Source of the DNA: Nemertoderma westbladi | Lineage: Eukaryota > Animalia > Xenacoelomorpha | Direction of reading: 5' to 3' | Assembly (NCBI GenBank): GCA_032718475.1 | Contig: JAUCBJ010006869.1 | Location: 1-64,000 of the forward strand | DNA length: 64,000 nucleotides | Shown here: positions 27,444 to 39,900 of the stretch, piece after piece | Numbering within the stretch: the first letter of the stretch is position 1 | How the letters are laid out: the number at the start of each line of letters is the position of its first letter | Made by a program: the position numbers and the translations under genes | Notes under the pieces: model-generated | What the model was told of the DNA's origin: nothing | Databases searched by the model: none | The model's input: only the letters and a program-made list of their open reading frames with translations

Positions 27444-27557
27444 GGCGGGGTAGCTCAGTTGGCTGAGCGCCAGGCCTGCAATCGATTGGTTGTAGGTTCA
27501 GCCCCACCAGGGTCCACCCCACTCAGCTGCCTTCCATCCACTGGGGTCGAGTACCAG
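27444..27557 (+). mobile_element. tRNA-derived SINE fragment with Deu/Nin-like central domain
   Basis: A box TAGCTCAGTTGG and B-box-like GGTTCAGCCCC, then CCACTCAGCtgCCTTCCATCC..GGGGTCGAGTACCAG. Confidence 0.7.
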
Positions 27558-28601
27558 TTAATCTTCTATTTACCAACCCTCTATAAATCTGAGCAAATTC
27601 GTTGAAATTTTTGAAACCGTTGTTTTACTGTTTTACTAGTGTTTTCCTAATTTAGAATTATCCTTCTTTTTATACCTACTGTTTATAATATACTTATTGG
27701 GAATTTGATCCAAAGACAAATTCACAGCCAGATAGATGGGTTTCAAGCATTGAAATAGTAGTAATCAAATCAGGGGACTTGGTTTTCTCTCAAGAAGAAC
27801 TCTAAACCCCAGTAAATCGATTTCAACTATAGAGACAACAAAGTAGGATTGCTGTATTTTTGGGGTGAAATTTTGCAAATTTTTAAAGGCTATGGGGCTG
27901 GGGTAGATTTATATGAAAATCAAAATTTCACATTTTGTGTTTGTTCTCTACATATTTTACATTATATATTTGCATCTTCCTTAACTTTTATCAAAAATAC
28001 AAAATATCTGGGATTTTCAAAACTGGCATTGCCTTCCCAATAATTTGAAATTTTCAAGTGCCGTGAGGCCCGCTTAGAATTTTTCAAAATCAAAATTTTT
28101 TTTTGCAAAGTTAGTTTAGACCGATTTGGCATCAGAAAAATAGTGCTTCCCTTAAAAATAAAGAAAAAACTTTTTTTCACTCCACCCTAATATATATAAA
28201 TTATCGAATATATATATATATCAAATAACAAAATTACTCTCAAAAATAAATCTGTAACCTATTCTATTGTGTTTAGTTTATTGTTTTGGTTAAAATATCG
28301 TGCCACTGTAACCTGCTCCTTTCCCTAAATTTAGAATTAAACATTGATGTGGGATATTAATTCGCCAATTCGGCGGGTTTTGCGTCCAGTCCCCCACCCC
28401 CCCCCCCCCCCCCCCTGTTTCAGATTACGATTACATTATCAAATAGGTTGAACTTTACTAAAGGTTATGTTATAACTTTATGGCGGCCACATTAATTGAA
28501 GTTAGGACAAGCCAATGAATACCATTGTTTGTCGTAGTGGCAAGGCGGCATCCACAAAGCACAGTGGCAAGCGGCTGCCTTAAAGAGGTAGGTATCCGTA
28601 A

Positions 28602-28833
28602 CACTCAGCTGGTCATAGCAATTTATGTTAGAGTGTAGAGTCTTAGGTCTTAGGTCAAGCTAATAGATTGGCTTGTTATTGGTTGTGGTAAGATCCAGCA
28701 AGATTTATTAATATTGACTGCGTTGTAGTGGGTGTTAAGTTTACAATAATATTTAAGGAATGGATGAATGAATGACGGTTATTGAAAATAATATATAATT
28801 GGTTGTATCAAACACATATCTCATTGTATTATA
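28602..28833 (+). repeat. ~230-bp direct repeat, copy 2
   Basis: Matches 22647-22877. Confidence 0.85.
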
Positions 28834-30981
28834 CTATAGGCCGACTATTTTAAAATATGTACAATACAAGTAATATATTACGGATTATTTAAAATATAAT
28901 TAATCTCCTGTAAAGGTGCGGGGCTGTCTAAAAAAAATAAACGGCACTCAGTAAAATGGGGTTAAAAGGTCGGGCATGATGATAACACAGAGCGAAATGA
29001 AATAAAAAAACCAAATTAAAATTAAATAAATTCATTAAATATTCATTCATTTAATAAAATTTTATTTAAAACAAAAAATTTAAATTAAAAAAAATATAAA
29101 AATTATTTAATAAAACTATTTACTAATTTTTTTTACTAGATGAACCAGTTGTAAAACCATTCACCCCGCTGGGGGGGTATAGATTATTTTTATTATAATA
29201 TTGTCTATTTGGTCTACCACGAGCCGTTTTTATTTTTATTTCTGTTTTATTTTGAAGTGTTTACGTATCAAGGTCCATTTTTTTACATTTTAAACTTGAA
29301 TTATGTATAGCCTATTTACAGAACAATTTTAATAGAGTGTAATAATATTAATAATAATTTTAAAATAATCCCGGCTTTTAACTGTTTAATTCGACAAAAT
29401 TAGATATCAGTTTTAAAAATCTTCCCAGTTTAGTTCTACGAACTATTTTGGACAGTGCCATTCTTCTAACAGGGTTAGTGTATATGCGTCTCTATATTTG
29501 CTGAAGCAGGCGGGGTGCATCCAATAATCGAAATATGTTTTAAAACAAATCGGTATCGCACAATATGTATCATAGATTACGCGGGATTAGACTGTAATAA
29601 AGTTAAATATAGATGAAGGTTGATGGGAGGGCGGAGCCATTTGGTTGGAACAAGTGAGCTACGATTGGATGATTAATTACTGTTTTCCTATTGGCTTTGG
29701 CAGATCAGTTAGGGCTGTCACTAATGTTTTACTTAACTGTCTATGCCATATTGCTGTATTGCCTTACTCCTTTACTCAGTTCAGCAGTTACTGCAGTTTA
29801 GCAGTCTTTAGCTGTCTTCTGGCTGCCTGGTCACTGGTCTCTAGTTTATGTCGCTGTTTTTTCTTCTGTAATTGGTTGTCACTTTGGTTTTCAGGATTTA
29901 GTGTGATGGTGATGATATCACACTAGCAGACTAGAGCTGCTTTACAGTACTGCAGTCTGGCAGTAGATAGCTGGATAGTCCCATAGCACTAGCAGCATGG
30001 TCAGATCAGCAGATGGTTGAACCGTCACTGCGTCAATCTTCGGAGTAGGCCCTACCCCCTGCAGCCCTGCCCCTACCAGCCTACAGGCTGACTCTAACAC
30101 CCTGATAGGACAGGCAGGCAGACAGGAGGACGCCCTGACGCCGGGACTTGGACAACATGCTGACATGACACCAGTCTGCCAGTAACTGAGTAGGTAAGGT
30201 AAGTCTGTACTAGGTACAACAACAGCTGAACAGAACAAGCACAAGAGCAAAGAAGAAGGGCTGAAGGTGGAAGGGGTGAAGCCAGAGTTCGAAATTTGAC
30301 AATCAGACAATACTTCTTTAATTCTGTAATTAGGCCTAGGCCCCCAGACAGTTCAGCAGTTAGATTAGAGCCTCATGTCTTAAGAGTAGGGGGGAACCCA
30401 AATCGGCCAAATCCAAGAATCCACCTTACTGTCAGACTGTCAGGTAATGGGTAATCTGGTAATTGTGCCTTGGTCTGTTGGTGCCTGTGGTATTTTCAAT
30501 TTCCAATTTCCCCCTTCTAATTTTAATAGACTAATCTGCTAATAGAGCGTACCGGTACCCTAATAATAATAATGGCTGAATGGTACCGTAGGTACGCGCA
30601 CCCAACCCACCCACCCTACCCATAACATGCTAGACAAGCTATTCACATTTTGCTACTGTAAATTCCTTGCTGTACCACAGCGCTGTACCCTGGTAGGTGG
30701 TACCGTAGCCCTGTACCTCTAACATAACTCGTCTGCCTGTAGGCGTGTAGGCGTAGGGTTATTTTAAATCGTTTCAGATTAGCTGATATACATTCCACGT
30801 CGTTGCCAGTCCCAGTTGTAGATTGTACCGATAGTCTGATAGTATAGAACTGGCTGACTGGCACTGGCTATTGACTTGCAATACACTGATGATACAGTCC
30901 ACCCTGACACTACGGCAACGGCACTACTTGACTCATCACGGTCTCTGATTTAGTTGCAAAGAGTAGACGCAAGACAGGACG

Positions 30982-32760
30982 ATGGCTTCGATTCTACTGA
31001 GATCAACCGTTGTTGAACGAATAGCTCATCGTTTAGGAGTCCCGGTTGCCAGAGTGGCGTGCGAAATTCTCCCTCAACTTCCTGTAAAACCCGTTAACCA
31101 CCACTTTATAATGCAAATCAACACCCGCAAGATTCTAGAATCACAGTCTGTGGTTAGTCGAAAAGTCGCAACACGCGATACCTCAACTGTACCAGAATTA
31201 AATATTAATATTGTTTCGGAAGTCACTCCGTATTTTCCAGGAGGTGGATTTGTCCGTGAGAATTTTAATGTAATTGAATTTGCAGTGCCTTCTGATGAAA
31301 TAGCAACGGAATCTTACAAGGACCTATTCATTGAAAGCAATGGTATTGAAAACGATAATGCTTTACCGTCCTTAATAACTCCTTACATAGACAAACAAAG
31401 GATTGTTGTTGAATTCAGTTCTCCCAACATCGCAAAGCCTTTTCATGTGGGGCATTTACGTAGCACAATAATTGGCAATGCCCTGAGTAATCTTAACCAA
31501 GCTATTGGGCATAATGTTACTCGTATTAATTACCTAGGCGACTGGGGAATGCAATTGGGGATACTACTGTACGGTTATGCTAAATACGGGAATACAGATG
31601 AATTCGAGGCTTTTCCGATTAAACACCTTTTCAATATCTACGTTAAAGCCTATGGAGAGAGTCAGCACATAGAAACAGTGGCCGAAGAAGCGAAAAATTA
31701 CTTTATAAAATTAGTGAACGGTGACCCTGAAATGCGTAAGTTATGGGAAGGTTTTAAAGAGTTAAGCGTTGCAGAGTACGGTAAACTTTACGAACGGTTG
31801 GGAGTTCGTTTCGATGAATATTCGGGGGAGAGTTTGTACGACTCGGCCGCTATAGAATTAGTTAAATATTTCGATTCTCAGTCGCAACTACTTTACGATG
31901 GTGATGGTTCGGCCACCTTGCAACTTAACGCTGTAGGCGGAACGATAAATCCTACAGTCTGCCGAGACAACGGAATGTCTTTGTATCTCACTAGGGACGT
32001 AGCGGCCGCCCGTGATCGATTCAACAGGTTAAACTTCGACAGAATGCTTTACGTCGTAGATCAATCCCAGGCGGAACACTTCCAGAACTTATTTTTGAGT
32101 TTAAAGTTACTAGGGGAGGAATGGTGGTCGCGCTGCGAACACATTACCTTCGGTAAGATTAGAGGGATGAGCACCAGACTGGGTACCGTTGTATTCCTTG
32201 CAGACGTTCTTGAGGAAGCAAAGGAAAGGGCCCTTAATATAATCAATATGAAGTCCACTACTAAAGTCAACTTTTCGGAGGTGGAAGAGGCGGCAGAGAG
32301 ATTGGCGACTTCCGCAATCATTCTGTTCGATTTGAAACACGGGAGGATTAAGAACTACGCCTTCGATTGGGAGGCCGCGTTAACTTTTGCGGATTATTCG
32401 GGAGTTACTCTTCAGTACACCCACGCTAGGATACACAATTTACTGCTGTATAACGACTTCGATCCATCCTCGGTACCAGAGGGTCTAACATTCGTAACCC
32501 CCGAGGAACTATCACTCCTTTACTATCTGAGTTTCTACGAGACTTACGTGGTTCGATCGGGTTTGTTCTCCGATCCCGCCCAACTCGCTCGCTATCTGAC
32601 TTACCTTTGTAAACTCATCAATAGATTTTACCGCGAGGTCAAAATTCGTGATTCGCCCGACCCTCTGAAACGATCCCGTTTAGTTTTATTAAATCGCGCC
32701 GTTTCTGTTTTGGCCGGCGGTATGAAGATATTGGGAATAGTTCCTCTCAATAAATTGTAG
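30982..32760 (+). CDS. RARS2: Arginyl-tRNA synthetase, mitochondrial type, intronless, 592 aa
   Basis: VVEFSSPNIAKPFHVGHLRSTIIGN (HIGH), INYLGDWG, YLTRD, YVVD..Q..HF, GMSTR, LQYTHAR; C-terminal DALR-like domain ending LGIVPLNKL. Confidence 0.93.
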   Translation: MASILLRSTVVERIAHRLGVPVARVACEILPQLPVKPVNHHFIMQINTRKILESQSVVSRKVATRDTSTVPELNINIVSEVTPYFPGGGFVRENFNVIEFAVPSDEIATESYKDLFIESNGIENDNALPSLITPYIDKQRIVVEFSSPNIAKPFHVGHLRSTIIGNALSNLNQAIGHNVTRINYLGDWGMQLGILLYGYAKYGNTDEFEAFPIKHLFNIYVKAYGESQHIETVAEEAKNYFIKLVNGDPEMRKLWEGFKELSVAEYGKLYERLGVRFDEYSGESLYDSAAIELVKYFDSQSQLLYDGDGSATLQLNAVGGTINPTVCRDNGMSLYLTRDVAAARDRFNRLNFDRMLYVVDQSQAEHFQNLFLSLKLLGEEWWSRCEHITFGKIRGMSTRLGTVVFLADVLEEAKERALNIINMKSTTKVNFSEVEEAAERLATSAIILFDLKHGRIKNYAFDWEAALTFADYSGVTLQYTHARIHNLLLYNDFDPSSVPEGLTFVTPEELSLLYYLSFYETYVVRSGLFSDPAQLARYLTYLCKLINRFYREVKIRDSPDPLKRSRLVLLNRAVSVLAGGMKILGIVPLNKL

Positions 32761-33786
32761 ATTATCTATGAATATGAACTACCTTTAACGAATTATAATG
32801 AATATTAATTAAAATTATATTTGCAATATTGAATAGTTCAGTATGTTTTAAATGTTCGTCCTTTTGAGTACAGTGGCTTTAAGCCGTTTCCCAAATATCT
32901 ACGTGTACCAGGTTTTGTTGAAAGAAATAATTTGTCACCATCGGAATCCAGGAATGTCCATAAATATAATTTGCGGCGACGAGTGGAATCCGTGCGACTT
33001 ACAGTTACAGTACAGGCGCTTTACCCCTTGGCTACCGATTTTGTAGTAAATAGCCGTACCGGTAGTAATATTATAACGTTTCGCTGATGTTGGCTTATAG
33101 CTATGCTGCGTAAAGGCCTCTGTTATAGTTTGGTTATAAGTTTTTGTTTGTTAACATCGAATTCATAAATCTAAAAATGAAGGCATTTGTAAGTTTTTCA
33201 CTGCCCCTTTATTGTAGAATTGGTAATGCCGTTTTTAATTACGATTGTGTGCTCTTTGAACACTAAATTTTCATACGTTATTAAACATTAATATTTTTAT
33301 TAAATGTTGTGATTTTCTCTAATATTCTAACAATTTATTTCACTATTTTGGTCAGGTATTCTTTAAATTAGGTATTTTGTCTTTCGTTGGCAATTTATTT
33401 CTCTCTTTATGTATTATTATACTATAATTTTAATATCGTATACCTGCAGGTTACATTGTTTTGACATCCATTTGTCTGATATCATGATTTATAGTAATAA
33501 ATATATATGTCAACAAGATATCATAGTGATATTAAATTCCGATATTATTTTAGAAGGGGATTTCCAATTTAATTTCATCAGTATAAACACAGGAAGTATT
33601 GCAATATTAATTTTATTAATACTAATACTTTGTAATTATATTTGTATTTCGTACCGGTACCTTTTTTAGTGGTAATTGTAACTTATTTATCTATGCAATA
33701 TATATATATACCTAGTTACATAAATTATTGTATCAATTCTGTGCTTTACTAAGTAAACTATCTATACACAATAACTGATCGGAACA

Positions 33787-33939
33787 ATGGCGAAGTTATA
33801 TGAGATGATTCCACCCAGACACCTGGGAGTCGATGAGAATACTTATATTCCAGAACGTAAAGGAATACGAGGTGTTCTTTTGGGACCGCCTGGGGCTGGT
33901 AAAGGTACAGTGGCAACTCGACTGGCTAAAAAGTACCAA
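33787..33939 (+). CDS. AK2: Adenylate kinase 2, exon 1 (51 codons; not in the ORF track)
   Basis: Translates MAKLYEM...KGIRGVLLGPPGAGKGTVATRLAKKYQ (P-loop) and is followed directly by donor GTAAGT at 33940. Confidence 0.93.
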
Positions 33940-36900
33940 GTAAGTTAATTTTATTCTCGCTGTGATATTTAATATTTTAATTTGAAGAAACAGTTTGCTT
34001 CTAGTTAAAATTTTGCAAAAATGTTATAATACCGGTACTATGTTTTCATTACTGGGAAAAAATTACTAACTATGTTTTCCAATCTTTCCCCGTACATGTA
34101 TCGTATGTATACCGTTCCGTTTTATGTTCTTCTTTCTGCGTCCCTCTCGGTTTACAATTATCTATCCTCTCCGTATTTTCCATCTATTCCCTTTGGTTTG
34201 CCATCTACTTCGCATAGGTTTGCCATTTACACCGTTCTCGGTTTGCCATCTACCACGTCTAGGTTTACCATTTATACCGTTCTAAATTTACCATCTATCT
34301 CGTCCTAGATATACCATTTATCCCCGCTAGATTTGCTATCTATCCCGTTCTAAGTTTGTCAGCTATTACCTCGGGGTTTACCAGCTAGCCCGTTCTAGGT
34401 TTCCTATCTATATCTCACCCTAGGTTTGCTATCTATATCTCGTCTTAGGTTTGCCATATATCCCATCTAGATTTGCCATTTACACCGTATAGATTTGCCA
34501 CCTACCCATATAGGTTTGTCATCTACCCCGTTTTAGGTTTGTCAGCTATTCCCTGCAGGTTTGCCTCTGTTCTTGGTTTGCCATTTATCCCGATGTTGGT
34601 TTGCCATTCATCCCATTCTAGGTTTTCCATTTATCCTGTTCTTGGTTTGACATTTATCCCGGTCTAGGTTTGCCATTTATCCCGTTCTAGGTTTGTCATT
34701 TATTCTGTTCTTGGTTTGCCATTCATCCCATTCTAGGTTTGCCATTTATCCCATTCTAGGTTTGCCATTTATCCCGTTCTAGGTTTGTCATTTATTCTGT
34801 TCTTGGTTTGCCATTCATCCCATTCTAGGTTTGCCATTTATCCCATTCTAGGTTTGCCATTTATCCCGTTCTAGGTTTGTCATTTATTCTGTTCTTGGTT
34901 TGCCATTCATCCCATTCTAGGTTTTCCATTTACCCTGTTCTTGGTTTGCCATTCATCCCATTCTAGGTTTGCCATTTATCCCGTTCTAGGTTTGTCATTT
35001 ATTCTGTTCTTGGTTTGCCATTCATCCCATTCTAGGTTTGCCATTTATCCCGTTCTAGGTTTGTCATTTATTCTGTTCTTGGTTTGCCATTCATCCCATT
35101 CTAGGTTTGCCATTTATCCCATTCTAGGTTTGCCATTTATCCCGTTCTAGGTTTGTCATTTATTCTGTTCTTGGTTTGCCATTCATCCCATTCTAGGTTT
35201 GCCATTTATCCCGTTCTAGGTTTGTCATTTATTCTGTTCTTGGTTTGCCATTCATCCCATTCTAGGTTTGCCATTTATCCCATTCTAGGTTTGCCATTTA
35301 TCCCGTTCTAGGTTAGCCATTTATCCCGTCTATGTTTGCCATTTATCCCGTTCTAGGTTTGTCATTTATTCTGTTCTTGGTTTGCCATTTATCCCGTTCT
35401 TGGTTTGCCATTCATCCCATTCTATGTTTGCCATTTATCCCGATGTTGGTTTCCCATTTATCCCAATCAAGGTTTGCCATTTATCCTGTTCTTGGTTTGC
35501 CATTCATCCCGTTCTAGGTTTGTCATTTATTCTGTTCTTGGTTTGTCATTTATTCTGTTCTTGGTTTGCCATTCATCCCATTCTAGGTTTGCCATTTATC
35601 CCATTCTAGGTTTGCCATTTATCCCGTTCTAGGTTTGTCATTTATTCTGTTCTTGGTTTGCCATTCATCCCATTCTAGGTTTGCCATTTATCCCGTTCTA
35701 GGTTTGTCATTTATTCTGTTCTTGGTTTGCCATTCATCCCATTCTAGGTTTGCCATTTATCCCATTCTAGGTTTGCCATTTATCCCGTTCTAGGTTTGTC
35801 ATTTATTCTGTTCTTGGTTTGCCATTCATCCCATTCTAGGTTTGCCATTTATCCCGTTCTAGGTTTGTCATTTATTCTGTTCTTTGTTTGCCATTCATCC
35901 CATTCTAGGTTTGCCATTTATCCCATTCTAGGTTTGCCATTTATCCCGTTCTAGGTTTGTCATTTATTCTGTTCTTGGTTTGCCATTCATCCCATTCTAG
36001 GTTTGCCATTTATCCCGTTCTAGGTTTGTCATTTATTCTGTTCTTGGTTTGCCATTCATCCCATTCTAGGTTTGCCATTTATCCCGTTCTAGGTTTGCCA
36101 TTTATCCTGTTCTTGGTTTGCCATTCATCCCATTCTATGTTTGCCATTTATCCCGTTCTAGGTTTGTCATTTATCCCGATGTTGGTTTGCCATTCATCCC
36201 ATTCTAGGTTTGCCATTTATCCCGTTCTAGGTTTGTCATTTATTCTGTTCTTGGTTTGCCATTCATCCCATTCTATGTTTGCCATTTATCCCGTTCTAGG
36301 TTTGTCATTTATTCTGTTCTTGGTTTGCCATTCATCCCATTCTATGTTTGCCATTTATCCCGTTCTAGGTTTGTCATTTATTCTCTTCTTGGTTTGCCAT
36401 TCATCCCATTCTAGGTTTGCCATTTATCCCGTTCTAGGTTTGTCATTTATTCTGTTCTTGGTTTGCCATTTATGCTGTTCTTGGTTTGCCATTCATCCCA
36501 TTCTAGGTTTGCCATTTATCCCGTTCTAGGTTTGTCATTTATCCCGATGTTGGTTTGCCATTCATCCCATTCTAGGTTTGCCATTTATCCCTTTCTAGGT
36601 TTGTCATTTATTCTGTTCTTGGTTTGCCATTCATCCCATTCTAGGTTTGCCATTTATCCCGTTCTAGGTTTGTCATTTATTCTGTTCTTGGTTTGCCATT
36701 TATCCTGTTCTTGGTTTGCCATTCATCCCATTCTATGTTTGCCATTTATCCCGTTCTAGGTTTGCCATTTATCCCGTTCTAGGTTTGTCATTTATTCTGT
36801 TCTTGGTTTGCCATTCATCCCATTCTATGTTTGCCATTTATCCCGTTCTAGGTTTGCCATTTATCCCGTTCTAGGTTTGTCATTTATCCCGATGTTGGTT

Positions 36901-39900
36901 TGCCATTCATCCCATTCTAGGTTTGCCATTTATCCCGTTCTAGGTTTGTCATTTATTCTGTTCTTGGTTTGCCATTCATCCCATTCTAGGTTTGCCATTT
37001 ATCCCGTTCTAGGTTTGTCATTTATTCTGTTCTTGGTTTGCCAATCATCCCATTCTATGTTTGCCATTTATCCCGTTCTAGGTTTGCCATTTATCCCGTT
37101 CAAGGTTTGTCATTTATTCTGTTCTTGGTTTGCCATTCATCCCATTCTATGTTTGCCATTTATCCCGTTCTAGGTTTGTCATTTATTCTGTTCTTGGTTT
37201 GCCATTCATCCCATTCTATGTTTGCCATTTATCCCGTTCTAGGTTTGTCATTTATTCTGTTCTTGGTTTGCCATTTATCCTGTTCTTGGTTTGCCATTCA
37301 ACCCATTCTATGTTTGCCATTTATCCCGTTCTAGGTTTGCCATTTATCCCGTTCTAGGTTTGTCATTTATTCTGTTCTTGGTTTGCCATTCATCCCATTC
37401 TATGTTTGCCATTTATCCCATTCTAGGTTTGCCATTTATCCCGTTCTAGGTTTGTCATTTATTCTGTTCTTGGTTTGCCATTCATCCCATTCTAGGTTTG
37501 CCATTTATCCCATTCTAGGTTTGCCATTTATCCCGTTCTAGGTTTGTCATTTATTCTGTTCTTGGTTTGCCATTCATCCCATTCTAGGTTTGCCATTTAT
37601 CCCGTTCTAGGTTTGTCATTTATTCTGTTCTTGGTTTGCCATTCATCCCATTCTAGGTTAGCCATTTATCCCGTTCTATGTTTGCCATTTATCCCGTTCT
37701 AGGTTTGTCATTTATTCTGTTCTTGGTTTGCCATTTATCCCGTTCTTGGTTTGCCATTCATCCCATTCTATGTTTGCCATTTATCCCGATGTTGGTTTCC
37801 CATTTATCCCATTCAAGGTTTGCCATTTATCCTGTTCTTGGTTTGCCATTCATCCCGTTCTAGGTTTGTCATTTATTCTGTTCTTGGTTTGTCATTTATT
37901 CTGTTCTTGGTTTGCCATTCATCCCATTCTAGGTTTGCCATTTATCCCATTCTAGGTTTGCCATTTATCCCGTTCTAGGTTTGTCATTTATTCTGTTCTT
38001 GGTTTGCCATTCATCCCATTCTAGGTTTGCCATTTATCCCGTTCTAGGTTTGTCATTTATTCTGTTCTTGGTTTGCCATTCATCCCATTCTAGGTTTGCC
38101 ATTTATCCCATTCTAGGTTTGCCATTTATCCCGTTCTAGGTTTGTCATTTATTCTGTTCTTGGTTTGCCATTCATCCCATTCTAGGTTTGCCATTTATCC
38201 CGTTCTAGGTTTGTCATTTATTCTGTTCTTGGTTTGCCATTCATCCCGTTCTAGGTTTGTCATTTATTCTGTTCTTGGTTTGTCATTTATTCTGTTCTTG
38301 GTTTGCCATTCATCCCATTCTAGGTTTGCCATTTATCCCATTCTAGGTTTGCCATTTATCCCGTTCTAGGTTTGTCATTTATTCTGTTCTTGGTTTGCCA
38401 TTCATCCCATTCTAGGTTTGCCATTTATCCCGTTCTAGGTTTGTCATTTATTCTGTTCTATGTTTACCATTTATCCCGTTCTAGGTTTCCCATTTATCCC
38501 GTTCTATGTTTCCCATTTATCCCGTTCTTGGTTTCCCATTTATCCCGTTCTAGGTTTCCCATTTATCCCGTTCTATGTTTCCCATTTATCCCGTTCTTGG
38601 TTTCCCATTTATCCCGTTCTTGGTTTACCATTTATCCCCGTCTAGGTTTCCCATTTATCCCGTTCTATGTTTGCCATATATCCCGTTCTAGGTTTGCCAT
38701 TTATCCCGTTCTAGGTTTGTCATTTATTCTGTTCTTGGTTTGCCATTCATCCCATTCTAGGTTTGCCATTTATCCCGTTCTAGGTTTGTCATTTATTCTG
38801 TTCTTGGTTTGCCATTCATCCCATTCTAGGTTTGCCATTTATCCCATTCTAGGTTTGCCATTTATTCTGTTCTTGGTTTGCCATTCATCCCATTCTAAGT
38901 TTGCCATTTATCCCGTTCTAGGTTTGTCATTTATTCTGTTCTTGGTTTGCCATTCATCCCATTCTAGGTTTGCCATTTATCCCGTTCTAGGTTTGTCATT
39001 TATTCTGTTCTTGGTTTGCCATTCATCCCATTCTAGGTTTGCCATTTATCCCATTCTAGGTTTGCCATTTATCCCGTTCTAGGTTTGTCATTTATTCTGT
39101 TCTTGGTTTGCCATTCATCCCATTCTAGGTTTGCCATTTATCCCGTTCTAGGTTTGTCATTTATTCTGTTCTTGGTTTGCCATTCATCCCGTTCTAGGTT
39201 TGTCATTTATTCTGTTCTTGGTTTGTCATTTATTCTGTTCTTGGTTTGCCATTCATCCCATTCTAGGTTTGCCATTTATCCCATTCTAGGTTTGACATTT
39301 ATCCCGTTCTAGGTTTGTCATTTATTCTGTTCTTGGTTTGCCATTCATCCCATTCTAGGTTTGCCATTTATCCCGTTCTAGGTTTGTCATTTATTCTGTT
39401 CTTGGTTTGCCATTCATCCCATTCTAGGTTTGCCATTTATCCCGTTCTAGGTTTGTCATTTATTCTGTTCTTGGTTTGCCATTCATCCCATTCTAGGTTT
39501 GCCATTTATCCCATTCTAGGTTTGCCATTTATTCTGTTCTTGGTTTGCCATTCATCCCATTCTAGGTTTGCCATTTATCCCGTTCTAGGTTTGCCATTTA
39601 TCCCGTTCTAGGTTTGTCATTTATTCTGTTCTTGGTTTGCCATTCATCCCATTCTAGGTTTGCCATTTATCCCATTCTAGGTTTGCCATTTATCCCGTTC
39701 TAGGTTTGTCATTTATTCTGTTCTTGGTTTGCCATTCATCCCATTCTAGGTTTGCCATTTATCCCGTTCTAGGTTTATCATTTATTCTGTTCTTGGTTTG
39801 CCATTCATCCCATTCTAGGTTTGCCATTTATCCCATTCTAGGTTTGCCATTTATCCCGTTCTAGGTTTGTCATTTATTCTGTTCTTGGTTTGCCATTCAT

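Larger units (their letters stand above)
22907..28189. mobile_element. Non-autonomous hAT-like foldback transposon with ~600-bp TIRs
   Basis: Termini TA(T/G)GGTGGAGTGAAAA...TTTTCACTCCACCCTA; flanking ATATATAT at 22899-22906 and 28190-28197 (8-bp TSD, low complexity); ~22907-23550 is the reverse complement of ~27620-28189. Confidence 0.85.

Noticed and set aside
27444-27515. Functional tRNA gene
   Set aside because: No clean cloverleaf or oligo-T terminator; continues into SINE body sequence.
29645-30864. Short ORFs upstream of RARS2
   Set aside because: No recognisable protein motifs; likely promoter or UTR sequence.
30886-30960. Other CTGATGA motifs as hammerheads (also ~16187, ~31292)
   Set aside because: No downstream GAAA core or closing stems.
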